Below are positions 52,985-61,526 of a DNA stretch of 64,000 bases, piece by piece. Numbering within the stretch: the stretch's first letter is position 1; every line of letters starts with the position of its first letter. Both the position numbers and the translations under genes were made by a program. A model generated the notes under the pieces. That model saw nothing but the letters and a program-made list of their open reading frames with translations. It did no database searches and was not told where the DNA came from. Source of the stretch: Dehalococcoidia bacterium (GTDB lineage: Bacteria > Chloroflexota > Dehalococcoidia > Lucifugimonadales > G963668185); contig OY764162.1 in the NCBI GenBank assembly GCA_963668185.1, positions 2,452,754 through 2,516,753 on the forward strand, written 5' to 3'.

Positions 52985-54013
52985 TCAATCAATATCGTTG
53001 GCGGCGAGCGCGGCGAGTATCTCCTCCCGCACGTCCTCATCGCTTTCCATCGGCAAGCGTTCTGATAGCGCGTCGATGGCATCCTGACTGGCTATGCGGC
53101 CCAGCGCCCAGGCGGCGTGCATGCGCACGAGAGGCGGCTGCGTGGCGAGCGCCGAGGCCAGCGCCGGCGCCGCGGCAGGGTCGCCGATGTTGCCGAGCGC
53201 GACGCAGACGTTGCGCTGCAAGCCGACGCGCTTGGCCCTCTTCACGGGGCTCTTGCGGAACCGCTCGCTGAAGCCCGCGTCGTCTAGGTCCAGGAGCGGC
53301 AGCAGGTCGGGAGCGGCGAAATCGTGCCGCTGCCGGAACGCAGGCTCCGCGGTCTCCGGCGCGGCGCGGTTGACGGGGCAGACGTCTTGGCAGATGTCGC
53401 AGCCGAACACCCAGTCGCCCACGAGCGGGCGGAGGTCCCTGGGGATGGGGCCGCGCAGCTCGATCGTGAGGAAGGAGATGCAGCGCCGGTTGTCCAGCAC
53501 ATAGGGCGCGACGATCGCGCCGGTGGGACAGGCCACGATGCACCGGACGCACTCGCCGCAGTTCTTGGCCAGCGGGAGGTCGGGACGCAGATCGAGGTCC
53601 GTGACGACCTGCGCCAGGAACACCCACGAGCCATGGCTGGGCGTGAGTATGTTGGTGTTCTTGCCGAAGAAGCCCAGGCCGGCGCGCTCGGCGGCGGCAC
53701 GGTCGTTCATCGGGCCGTCGTCCACGAAGATGCGCGTCTTTACCGGGCGGCCGACTCTCTCCGGTAGGGCCGCCGTGAATTGCCTCAGCTTGGCCTTGAT
53801 GACGTCGTGGTAGTCGTCGCCCCAGGCATACCTGGCGATCTTTCCTTTGAGCGAATTCCCGTCACGGTCCGGTTCGCCGGTGTTGTAACTCAACGCAAGG
53901 GAGATGACAGACCGTGCGCCTTCGAGCAGCCGTTTGGGGTGCGTCGCTTTGCGGACGCGCTCCTCCGTGTACCACGGCAGGCCGTCCATGAGGCCGTTGC
54001 GGACACGCTCCAC
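52985..54013 (-). CDS. queG: epoxyqueuosine reductase QueG (true start probably upstream, up to CTG at 54181)
   Basis: It has two 4Fe-4S ferredoxin motifs (CGECVRCIVACPTGA and CDICQDVCP), a cobalamin-domain core and a C-terminal HEAT-like tail. Family-like N-terminal sequence (VLERKVKALAREIGFDLAGITTADAFERDEKAA) continues in-frame upstream of the GTG at 54013. Confidence 0.85.
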   Translation of the reverse strand: MERVRNGLMDGLPWYTEERVRKATHPKRLLEGARSVISLALSYNTGEPDRDGNSLKGKIARYAWGDDYHDVIKAKLRQFTAALPERVGRPVKTRIFVDDGPMNDRAAAERAGLGFFGKNTNILTPSHGSWVFLAQVVTDLDLRPDLPLAKNCGECVRCIVACPTGAIVAPYVLDNRRCISFLTIELRGPIPRDLRPLVGDWVFGCDICQDVCPVNRAAPETAEPAFRQRHDFAAPDLLPLLDLDDAGFSERFRKSPVKRAKRVGLQRNVCVALGNIGDPAAAPALASALATQPPLVRMHAAWALGRIASQDAIDALSERLPMESDEDVREEILAALAANDID

Positions 54014-54177
54014 GGCGGCCTTTTCGTCGCGCTCGAACGCGTCCGCCGTGGTGATGCCGGCAAGGTCGAAGCCGATCTCGCGCGCCAGCGCCTTGACCTT
54101 GCGCTCAAGGACGGCGGGGGAGGGCGAACGGCGGCCCGCGCCGGCGCGTTCGGGAGGTCGTGAGTCCCTGGTAACGG

Positions 54178-54456
54178 TCAGTCCGGGATGATCCCTTCGC
54201 CGGTGAAGAGCCTCTCGGCTTCGCCCAGCGTTATGTCCGGTTCGGGCAGGACGATGTCGGATTCCACGATCTCGTCCAGGGGCACGGGCGAGCCGTTCTC
54301 GCGCACGACGTCGAGCATCTCTTTGAGCAGACCGTCGAAGGCCTCCTGGTCCTCGGCCTCCACGACTTCCACGAGCCGGTTGTCCAACTCGTTCAGCCGG
54401 TCAAGGTGCGCGCCGGGCAGATCGTACTGGCCCTCAGTGAGAATGCGAACGATCAT
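54178..54456 (-). CDS. PspA-associated protein PspAA-like
   Basis: 92 aa: MIVRILTEGQYDLPGAHLDRLNELDNRLVEVVEAEDQEAFDGLLKEMLDVVRENGSPVPLDEIVESDIVLPEPD. This matches the PspAA family as I recall it. It overlaps the pspA stop as ATGA. Confidence 0.65.
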   Translation of the reverse strand: MIVRILTEGQYDLPGAHLDRLNELDNRLVEVVEAEDQEAFDGLLKEMLDVVRENGSPVPLDEIVESDIVLPEPDITLGEAERLFTGEGIIPD

Positions 54457-55187
54457 GACCGCCCCTCCGGTAGCTCCCTTGCCTGTGGAGTCATGCCCGC
54501 CTTCAGGGCCGCGAGTTCGTCTTCGACGGCGGACGTGGCGGTGACCGCCCGCAACTGCCGATCAATGTCGTCGCCCCCTCCGAGCATGGCCGCTTCGTCC
54601 AGCACGCCGGTGGAGGCAAGCTCGTCGATCGCGCCGGCCTTGGCTCGCAGGTTCTCAGTCTTGGTCTCCGCCCTCTCGACCGCCAGCGAGATGTCGCCCA
54701 TCTCCTCGGACAGGCCGGACAGGGCGGAGCCGATGCGCACCTGCGCCTGGGCGGCGCTGTACTGGGCCTTGATGATCTCCTTCCTGGTGCGGAAGGCGCT
54801 GACTTTGGCCTGTAGGCGCTGCTCCGCGTTGGTCAGCTTCTCCTGCTCCAGTTCGAGGCCAGCGATCTGCTGGTCCAGGCCCTCCAGTTCCGCCAACGCG
54901 ATCTGCTTGCGCTCCAGCGCCGTCCTGGCGAGGTCCTCGCGGCCGGCCTGCAGGGCCCGCCGCGCCTGGTCGTCGAGCTTGACAACGTTGTCCCTGGCCT
55001 TGGTGGCCTGGAGCTGCAGGCGACGCTTGGTGGCGACCATCTCGACCACGCCGCGCTTCACGTTGCGCAGCATCTCCATCTGCTTCTCGTACGAGTAGTC
55101 CAGCGTCTCGCGGGGATCCTCCGCGTTGTCCAGCAGGCGGTTCATCTTGGACTTAACGATTGTGGACATTCTGGATATCATTCCCAT
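54453..55187 (-). CDS. pspA: phage shock protein A / IM30 family
   Basis: 244 aa, a long coiled coil. The N-terminus SRMSTIVKSKMNRLLDNAEDPRETLDYSYEKQMEMLRNVKRGV is typical of PspA. Confidence 0.9.
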   Translation of the reverse strand: MGMISRMSTIVKSKMNRLLDNAEDPRETLDYSYEKQMEMLRNVKRGVVEMVATKRRLQLQATKARDNVVKLDDQARRALQAGREDLARTALERKQIALAELEGLDQQIAGLELEQEKLTNAEQRLQAKVSAFRTRKEIIKAQYSAAQAQVRIGSALSGLSEEMGDISLAVERAETKTENLRAKAGAIDELASTGVLDEAAMLGGGDDIDRQLRAVTATSAVEDELAALKAGMTPQARELPEGRS

Positions 55188-55250
55188 GTGTATCGCCTTC
55201 CCGCTATGTTCCCTGCGCGGAATCGCCGTTCGAGTGGGGCCGGTGCCGGG

Positions 55251-55445
55251 CTACCAGTCGCTGCCGCCGCTCTTCCTGTTGCCGGTCAAGGCGTTGAAGA
55301 GACCGATGACAAGCGCAACGACGCCGACGATTATCAGAATCAAGCCGGCGAAGTCGATCAGCCAATCGATCAGGTCCCATCTCAGGATGATGCCCAATAC
55401 GATCAGGACAGCGCCGATAACGAACATTGACCAGCCGCCAAGCAT
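55251..55445 (-). CDS. small two-TM membrane protein upstream of pspA
   Basis: 64 aa, almost entirely hydrophobic (FVIGAVLIVLGIIL...AGLILIIVGVVALVIGLF). It is co-oriented with pspA and lies 63 nt upstream of it. Confidence 0.5.
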   Translation of the reverse strand: MLGGWSMFVIGAVLIVLGIILRWDLIDWLIDFAGLILIIVGVVALVIGLFNALTGNRKSGGSDW

Positions 55446-55643
55446 TACAGTCTCCCTGGTTGGTTCTCAATCGAGTCCAGTCACGTCTGAGTGCAATAAT
55501 ACCATTCGCGCGCGGCGCGTAAGTACAATTGAAGTTCCCTTACTGAACTGATGGGAAGAACGGCGCGAGAGGTGTACGTCAGTTGAGATACATCACCGGC
55601 GCGGCAATTCGACGGCCCTCCGTCACGATATCGTAGGGGCTGC

Positions 55644-56696
55644 GTGCTATTGAACGAGGTTGCTTCCAGGTACGCCGTCGAGTTGGTGGAAGCCGCCGCG
55701 CGGGACATCTACGCCGCGATGGGGGCGGCGGAGCGTGACCTGCCGGTGCTCGTGGACCAGATCGTGGACGCCACGCTCCGGGGCCATCCCGGCCAGGGGC
55801 AGGGCATCGAAAAGCTCCCGAAGGTGTGGGAGCGGTTCCAGGGCGGTACGGTCTGCGCGGATGCGGCGCCGGAAGTGATAGGCGAAGGCCCGGCGTGGGT
55901 GCACGTGGACGCGAGGAAGTGCTGGGGGCCGGTGGCGGGCGCGTTCGCGATGGACGCGGCGGTGGGCAAAGCGAAGTCTGCGGGCATCGGCATGGCATCC
56001 GTCAGGCGCAGCAACCACTACGGGACGTCCGGCTACTATGCGATGCGGGCGGCGGAGGCGGGGCTGATCGGCGTTGCGATGACCAACGCCGGGCCGGAGA
56101 TGGCGCCGTGGGGCGGCGTCACGCCGACGCTCGGCACCAATCCCTGGGGCATCGCCGTACCGAGGGAGCCGTTCCCGCTGGCGCTGGACATGGCGCTGAC
56201 GCAGTCCGGGAAGGGTATGGTGCGGTGGGCAAAGGCGCACGGCCTGCCCATACCGTCCAACTGGGCGTACGCGCCGGACGGCAGGGAGACCACCGACCCG
56301 GATCTCGCGCTGCTGGGGCCGCTCGTGCCGGTGGGCGAGTTCAAGGGAACGGGCCTCTCGCTCATGACCGACATACTGACCGGCGTTATGAGCGGGGCCG
56401 CGTTCGGGACGGGCGCGTACGCCGATCCTGCCGGGCACGACGTGGGCCACCTGATGGTGGCGGTCGATTACGCGCGGTTCGTCTCGCCGGAGGAGTTCGC
56501 ACGCCGCCTCGGAAAACTTGACTCAGAGGTCAAGTCCAGCCAGCCTAAAGAGGGAGTCGACGAGATACTGCTTCCGGGTGAACTGGAGCATCGCAGAATG
56601 ACCGAACGCAGGCGCGACGGCGTGCCGATAGAGGACACGACCATAGGCGAACTGCGTGCGCTTTGCAAGGAGCTTGGCATAACGTGTCCACTGTAG
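55644..56696 (+). CDS. Ldh family (type-2 malate/L-lactate/sulfolactate dehydrogenase-like) oxidoreductase
   Basis: 350 aa with a GTG start. SNHYGTSGYYAMRAAEAGLIGVAMTNAGPEMAPWGG is typical of the Ldh_2 family. Confidence 0.8.
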   Translation: MLLNEVASRYAVELVEAAARDIYAAMGAAERDLPVLVDQIVDATLRGHPGQGQGIEKLPKVWERFQGGTVCADAAPEVIGEGPAWVHVDARKCWGPVAGAFAMDAAVGKAKSAGIGMASVRRSNHYGTSGYYAMRAAEAGLIGVAMTNAGPEMAPWGGVTPTLGTNPWGIAVPREPFPLALDMALTQSGKGMVRWAKAHGLPIPSNWAYAPDGRETTDPDLALLGPLVPVGEFKGTGLSLMTDILTGVMSGAAFGTGAYADPAGHDVGHLMVAVDYARFVSPEEFARRLGKLDSEVKSSQPKEGVDEILLPGELEHRRMTERRRDGVPIEDTTIGELRALCKELGITCPL

Positions 56697-59281
56697 CCGA
56701 AACCGTAAGTACCACCCGATTGGTAGTGGGCCTGGATGAGCCGGCGGCGCGGCTGCCCGGCCTCGCAGGGGGCAAGGGGGCTTCGCTGGCGCGCATGACG
56801 GCCGCCGGGCTCCCGGTCCCTGCCGGCTTTGTAGTAACCACGGAAGCGTTCCGCGATGTGGCGGACCGGCTGACAGACTCGCTGTTCGCAAACATGACCG
56901 TCGCGGGCTCGGCCGATGTCGGCGCGCTTGAGATGGTGTGCGCCGAGGCGAGGCTGCGCATTGCGGAAGCGGGCCTGTCCCAGCAGGCGGCGGACGCTGT
57001 TCGGGCGGCGTACGGCAGGCTCGGCGGGTCGGCGGCTGTGTCGGTGCGGTCATCCGCGACCGCCGAGGACCTTGCGGACGCCAGCTTCGCGGGGCAGTAC
57101 GACACGTTCCTGAACGTGGTCGGCGAGGACGCCGTGCTGGAGGCCGTAGTCGGCGTCTGGGCATCGATGTACTCGGCGCACGCAGTCGCGTACAGGCTGC
57201 GGCTCGGTATGGACTCGAACGAAGGAAGCATGGCCGTCGTGGTCCAGATCCAGCTCGCGCCGGACGCGGCGGGCGTCATGTTCACGCGAGACCCCATCAG
57301 CGGGCGCGACGACCGTTACCTTGTGAACGCCGCTCTGGGCCTGGGCGAGGGAGTGGTCTCAGGCGAGGCTCCAACAGACTCGTTCGAGTTGGACGCAACG
57401 ACGCACGCCATCGTAGGCCAGACCATTGCCAGGAAGGACGCGATGCTGTCTCCGGGCGCATCGGGCACGGAGCGGGCCGAGCCTCCGAGGGAGAAGTGGG
57501 ATCTGCCGGCGATGACCCAGGCCCAGTTGACCAAGCTTGGCGCATACGGCACGCAACTGGTCGAGTCCAATGGCTCGCCCCAGGACGTCGAGTTCGCGGT
57601 TGTCGGCGAGGATGTGCACATCCTCCAATCCCGGCCGATTACCACTGGCGGCGGTGCGCAGTTCGAGATCGAGTGGGCCGACCCTGAGGACGAGCAGCGC
57701 TTGTGGACCCTGAGAGAAGGGCCGCTTTTCAAGCTGGACGAGGACAGCCATGACTTCCGGTACAAGTGGCTGAAGCACTGCTTCCAAGAGACCGCTGTGC
57801 CTCTCAGCCACCATCACATCTATACCACCATCAACGGCTACTTCTACATGCGGCCTTCGGAGGCCACAGAGTCGGAGATTCAGGAGATACAGAGCCGGTA
57901 CCGGGATAGGGAGCGGCAGTACCGCGCCGAAGGCACGTCGACATATCGAGCAGAGATCGAGCCCCGAACGCTCCAACTGCTGGCTGAGTTGGAGGAGTTC
58001 AGCCCACGGAGAGCAACGCTCCCGCAACTGGCGGACCACCTCGAAGCGGCGATGGAGGCGAATGGGGAGGTTATGGGCCACCTGCACTGGGCCAGGCCCA
58101 TGATGGAAGGAGGCCGCGTCGAATGGTCGGACGAGTTCGAGCGGCTGACCGGGGAGCCGGGGGCGGCGTCCGCGGACTTTCTCAAGGGCCTGCCGAACTT
58201 CACCACGCGGCTGATCAGGCGGCTGCGGGGTATGGCCAGGCTCGCTCAGGAAAACGCATCTCTTGGGGCGGCGGTATCGGCCGGCGACTACGAGACCCTG
58301 AAGTCCCCGCAGATCAGGAGCAGCCCGGAGGGCAGGCGATTCCTGGGGCGCTTGCGAAGGCTGTTCCGTGACTACGGGCACCGTTCCGGATACGGCTACG
58401 GCGCGGACACGAATTTCGCGACGCCGACGTGGAACATCGAGCCCGGCCGCCTCCTTGAAGTGATCGCAGCATACGCCGAGCAGGACCTGGACCGCTTGGA
58501 CGCGCTGGACCGTGCGTCTCGATCAAACAGGCGGACCGCCACGCTGCGGATCAGACGCAGGCTCGCGTCGGAACCTGAGCGGCTTGCTGAGTTCGACAGT
58601 GCGCTGGCGGATGCTCAAGAGCAGGCGATCCTGATGGAGGACCACAATCACATCATGGAGCAGGGCGTGACCGGCGCGTTCCGTGAGGCCATTCACCACA
58701 TGGGAGCCGGTCTCGTGGAGGCCGGCCACGTGGCCGAACCTGACGACGTGATACATCTTTCGCTGGCAGAGATCCGCTCGATAGCGGATGGCGACGCCGA
58801 CTTGAACGCCCGCGAGTTGGTAGCTGAGCGCAAGGCGGAGCGAGCCGCCCGCATGGAGATGCGTCCGCCGCAGACGATCGGCAGCGGCCCGCCCCCTTCC
58901 GACAACCTCAACGCGGCGTACGAGCCGCCGGGCGAAACCGGCCTGCGCGGAACGGTGCTCAAGGGCGTCGGAATCTCGCCGGGCCGCGCGACGGGCCGCG
59001 CTGTGGTGGTCATGGGCGGCGACAAGCCGCCGGCGGTGGCGAAGGGCGACATCCTCATCGCGCCGAACGCCGGGCCCGCCTGGACGCCCGTGTTTCCCAT
59101 GCTAGGCGGACTAGTGCTGGACGCCGGCGGTACCTTCCAGCACGCGGCGGTCATCGCGCGTGAGTACGGCATACCGGGCGTCATCATGACGCAGGACGCC
59201 ACCACCGTGGTCCTAGACGGCCAGATCGTAGCCGTGGACGGTACGGCCGGCGAGGTGGACCTGGCGCCGGCGGAAGCCTAG
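56684..59281 (+). CDS. PEP-utilising-enzyme family phosphotransferase (ATP-grasp PPDK_N + central domain + C-terminal swivel His domain; RPH-like architecture)
   Basis: I prefer GTG at 56684, 11 nt after AAGGAG; the ORF-track start is 56663. The N-terminus is LPGLAGGKGASLARM...VSVRSSATAEDLADASFAGQYDTFLNV. The C-terminus is GGTFQHAAVIAREYGIPGV. No PEP/pyruvate-binding TIM-barrel domain is present. Confidence 0.8.
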   Translation: MSTVAETVSTTRLVVGLDEPAARLPGLAGGKGASLARMTAAGLPVPAGFVVTTEAFRDVADRLTDSLFANMTVAGSADVGALEMVCAEARLRIAEAGLSQQAADAVRAAYGRLGGSAAVSVRSSATAEDLADASFAGQYDTFLNVVGEDAVLEAVVGVWASMYSAHAVAYRLRLGMDSNEGSMAVVVQIQLAPDAAGVMFTRDPISGRDDRYLVNAALGLGEGVVSGEAPTDSFELDATTHAIVGQTIARKDAMLSPGASGTERAEPPREKWDLPAMTQAQLTKLGAYGTQLVESNGSPQDVEFAVVGEDVHILQSRPITTGGGAQFEIEWADPEDEQRLWTLREGPLFKLDEDSHDFRYKWLKHCFQETAVPLSHHHIYTTINGYFYMRPSEATESEIQEIQSRYRDRERQYRAEGTSTYRAEIEPRTLQLLAELEEFSPRRATLPQLADHLEAAMEANGEVMGHLHWARPMMEGGRVEWSDEFERLTGEPGAASADFLKGLPNFTTRLIRRLRGMARLAQENASLGAAVSAGDYETLKSPQIRSSPEGRRFLGRLRRLFRDYGHRSGYGYGADTNFATPTWNIEPGRLLEVIAAYAEQDLDRLDALDRASRSNRRTATLRIRRRLASEPERLAEFDSALADAQEQAILMEDHNHIMEQGVTGAFREAIHHMGAGLVEAGHVAEPDDVIHLSLAEIRSIADGDADLNARELVAERKAERAARMEMRPPQTIGSGPPPSDNLNAAYEPPGETGLRGTVLKGVGISPGRATGRAVVVMGGDKPPAVAKGDILIAPNAGPAWTPVFPMLGGLVLDAGGTFQHAAVIAREYGIPGVIMTQDATTVVLDGQIVAVDGTAGEVDLAPAEA

Positions 59282-59355
59282 CGGAAAATCATGTTGTGAC
59301 ATTTAACAGTACACATGTCATAATACCCTGCACTTCCTCTTAGTGATGGTGTAAG

Positions 59356-60432
59356 TTGGATTCATCCGGAGAAACAAATCAAGCTGTAATCTCTGACCGA
59401 CCCGTGCCCCTCGGCCCAGCCAAGCCTCAAGTCAGTATCAGAACTCTTCATGGTACTGCCTACTGGGCGGATTCGCTCAACCTGATGCACGAATTGATTG
59501 AAGATCAATCAGTTGACTTGATTATGACTAGTCCCCCCTTCGGCCTTGTACGGAAGAAAGAATACGGCAATGTCGATGCCGACGAATACTTATCATGGTT
59601 TAAGCCATTCGCAAGTCACTTTGCACGAATACTCAAATCACAAGGCTCATTGGTCATTGACATTGGAGGCGCTTGGCAATCAGGTACTCCAACTAAGAGC
59701 TTATACCAATACGAACTCCTGATATCCCTCTGCAAGGAGTTTGATTTTCATCTTGCACAAGAGTTCTTCTGGTGGAATCCCGCACGTCTTCCTAGTCCAG
59801 CTGAATGGGTCAACATTCGAAGAATTCGTGTAAAGGACGCGGTGAATAACATCTTCTGGTTGTCGAAGACTCCATGGCCAAAGGCTAGCAATCGAAGAGT
59901 TCTTGCTCCTTACAGCAAGAGCATGAATCAATTGCTCGAAGTAGGGTACCGTGCCAAGAAGAGACCGAGTGGTCACGACATTAGTGAGAACTTCGCTAAA
60001 GACAATGGCGCAGCAATTCCACCGAATCTAATCGCTGTTGCTAACACAGAAAGCAATTCTCAATATGTCAAGTACTGCGAAGACAATGATCTGCCTATTC
60101 ATCCAGCTCGGTTCCCGGCATTGATACCTGAATACTTCGTAAGGTTCTTGACTGATTCCGGTGATTTGGTATTCGATCCATTCGCAGGAAGCTGTACGAC
60201 CGGAGAAGTAGCAGAAAAGCTAGGACGCCGGTGGATATGTAGCGAAATTCAAGAACTGTATCTACATGGTGCGCAGGGACGGTTTATGTCTCTGCATCAC
60301 AGCACGTCGCGACAGGGTGCCAAAAGAGAGTCTCGAACCTACAACATTCACAGTCCGGGGCACTTATGGAATGATAGCCCTGAGATTCCCCTACCAGGTG
60401 ACGGAGGCCTTACCCGTCCAACTAGTGATTAG
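59356..60432 (+). CDS. site-specific DNA methyltransferase, beta class (motif IV before motif I; N4-C or N6-A)
   Basis: 358 aa. Motif IV is DLIMTSPPFGL. Motif I is VFDPFAGSCTTGEVAEKLGRRWICSE. The gene is low-GC. Confidence 0.8.
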   Translation: MDSSGETNQAVISDRPVPLGPAKPQVSIRTLHGTAYWADSLNLMHELIEDQSVDLIMTSPPFGLVRKKEYGNVDADEYLSWFKPFASHFARILKSQGSLVIDIGGAWQSGTPTKSLYQYELLISLCKEFDFHLAQEFFWWNPARLPSPAEWVNIRRIRVKDAVNNIFWLSKTPWPKASNRRVLAPYSKSMNQLLEVGYRAKKRPSGHDISENFAKDNGAAIPPNLIAVANTESNSQYVKYCEDNDLPIHPARFPALIPEYFVRFLTDSGDLVFDPFAGSCTTGEVAEKLGRRWICSEIQELYLHGAQGRFMSLHHSTSRQGAKRESRTYNIHSPGHLWNDSPEIPLPGDGGLTRPTSD

Positions 60433-60477
60433 CAGTTAGTAAAGCACTGGTCACGAAATGCTGGGACTGTACCCATA

Positions 60478-61470
60478 ATGACTCTACGTTCACGTGAAGT
60501 TATCAAAAATGCAATTCTTGATGCGCTTTCCGAAATAGGAGGCATAGCGCTCCCGGTCCCTTCAACTGCGGCGCATCCGAGAAAGTTTACGTTCGTACAT
60601 GAAGGTCGAGAATTCTCAATATGGGTTTATTGTTGGACTCTAACTCCAGGTGGGCGTCCATCATTGCCACACGAGTATAGAATTCAAATGACTTCGGTGC
60701 AGTCACCTCTCCCGCACAACACAAATGGCTACACTGCACTGCTTGGATATGATTCAGACAGGAACGTGTTTGCAGGTTACGACTTGGCCAGGCACACCAC
60801 TTTCACTTCCGGTTCTCCGTCAGTGCAAGTAAATGTATCAACATTGAACCAAGCGCTGCAGAGTGGTTTAGCTTTTGAGATCAAATCAAATGACGAAATT
60901 GTCGTTGGCGTCAGAAGTGACCTCTTGTTCTTCTACATCCAATTCGCTCATGAACTACACCGTTTGGGATCTGACTCAACAACCCTGGACGTAGTGCAGC
61001 GCGTTTCAACGCAATTAGATGTAAGCGATACAGAAGTATCAGAACTGCCTGTGGAACGCCATCGCATTGTTCAAGAAACCTCTAGGTGGTCACGTTCAAC
61101 TAGCTTCCGGAGGCAGGTCTTGAACGCATATGAACATCGATGTGCAGTTACAAGACAGCAGCTCAAACTCGTCGAAGCTGCTCATATTCTACCTGTCAAG
61201 GCTGGAAATGAGAGTATAGACGTTGTAGGCAATGGAATTGCGCTTTCGCCTACATATCACAGAGCTTTCGACAGAGGTCTGATTTACTTGGATGACACTA
61301 TGGAAATGCGTCTGAATTCAGCCACTGTGGATGAGTTAAGGCAGCTAGGGCTGGCAAGTGGAATAGAAAAATTTAGTTCAACTCTTGGGAAGATTCACCT
61401 TCCATTTGATCCACAACAGCATCCGGACCCACGATTCATAACACTGGCAAACGAGTATCGGGGCCTCTGA
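60478..61470 (+). CDS. HNH-type restriction endonuclease
   Basis: 330 aa. The C-terminal HNH motif is HRCAVTRQQLKLVEAAHILPV...NGIALSPTYHRAFDRG. It lies next to the beta-class MTase and is low-GC. Confidence 0.7.
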   Translation: MTLRSREVIKNAILDALSEIGGIALPVPSTAAHPRKFTFVHEGREFSIWVYCWTLTPGGRPSLPHEYRIQMTSVQSPLPHNTNGYTALLGYDSDRNVFAGYDLARHTTFTSGSPSVQVNVSTLNQALQSGLAFEIKSNDEIVVGVRSDLLFFYIQFAHELHRLGSDSTTLDVVQRVSTQLDVSDTEVSELPVERHRIVQETSRWSRSTSFRRQVLNAYEHRCAVTRQQLKLVEAAHILPVKAGNESIDVVGNGIALSPTYHRAFDRGLIYLDDTMEMRLNSATVDELRQLGLASGIEKFSSTLGKIHLPFDPQQHPDPRFITLANEYRGL

Positions 61471-61526
61471 TGGCCTTAGCTCGTAAAACAGTACACAGTG
61501 GCGTGCTAGGCTTCCGCCTTCACGCC

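Larger units (their letters stand above)
59282..61526. other. low-GC insert carrying a type II R-M pair, bounded by an 11-bp direct repeat
   Basis: AACAGTACACA occurs at 59305-59315 and 61487-61497. One hand-counted interior 60-nt line (60601-60660) is about 47% GC. The insert lies between the 3' ends of two convergent high-GC genes. Confidence 0.7.

Noticed and set aside
40440-61526. Integrase, transposase or recombinase genes that would define the low-GC islands as classical mobile elements
   Set aside because: None of the ORFs in or beside the three lower-GC patches (40.4-42.5 kb, 48.4-50.5 kb, 59.3-61.5 kb) shows DDE, tyrosine-recombinase or serine-recombinase motifs. They are reported as islands or cassettes only.
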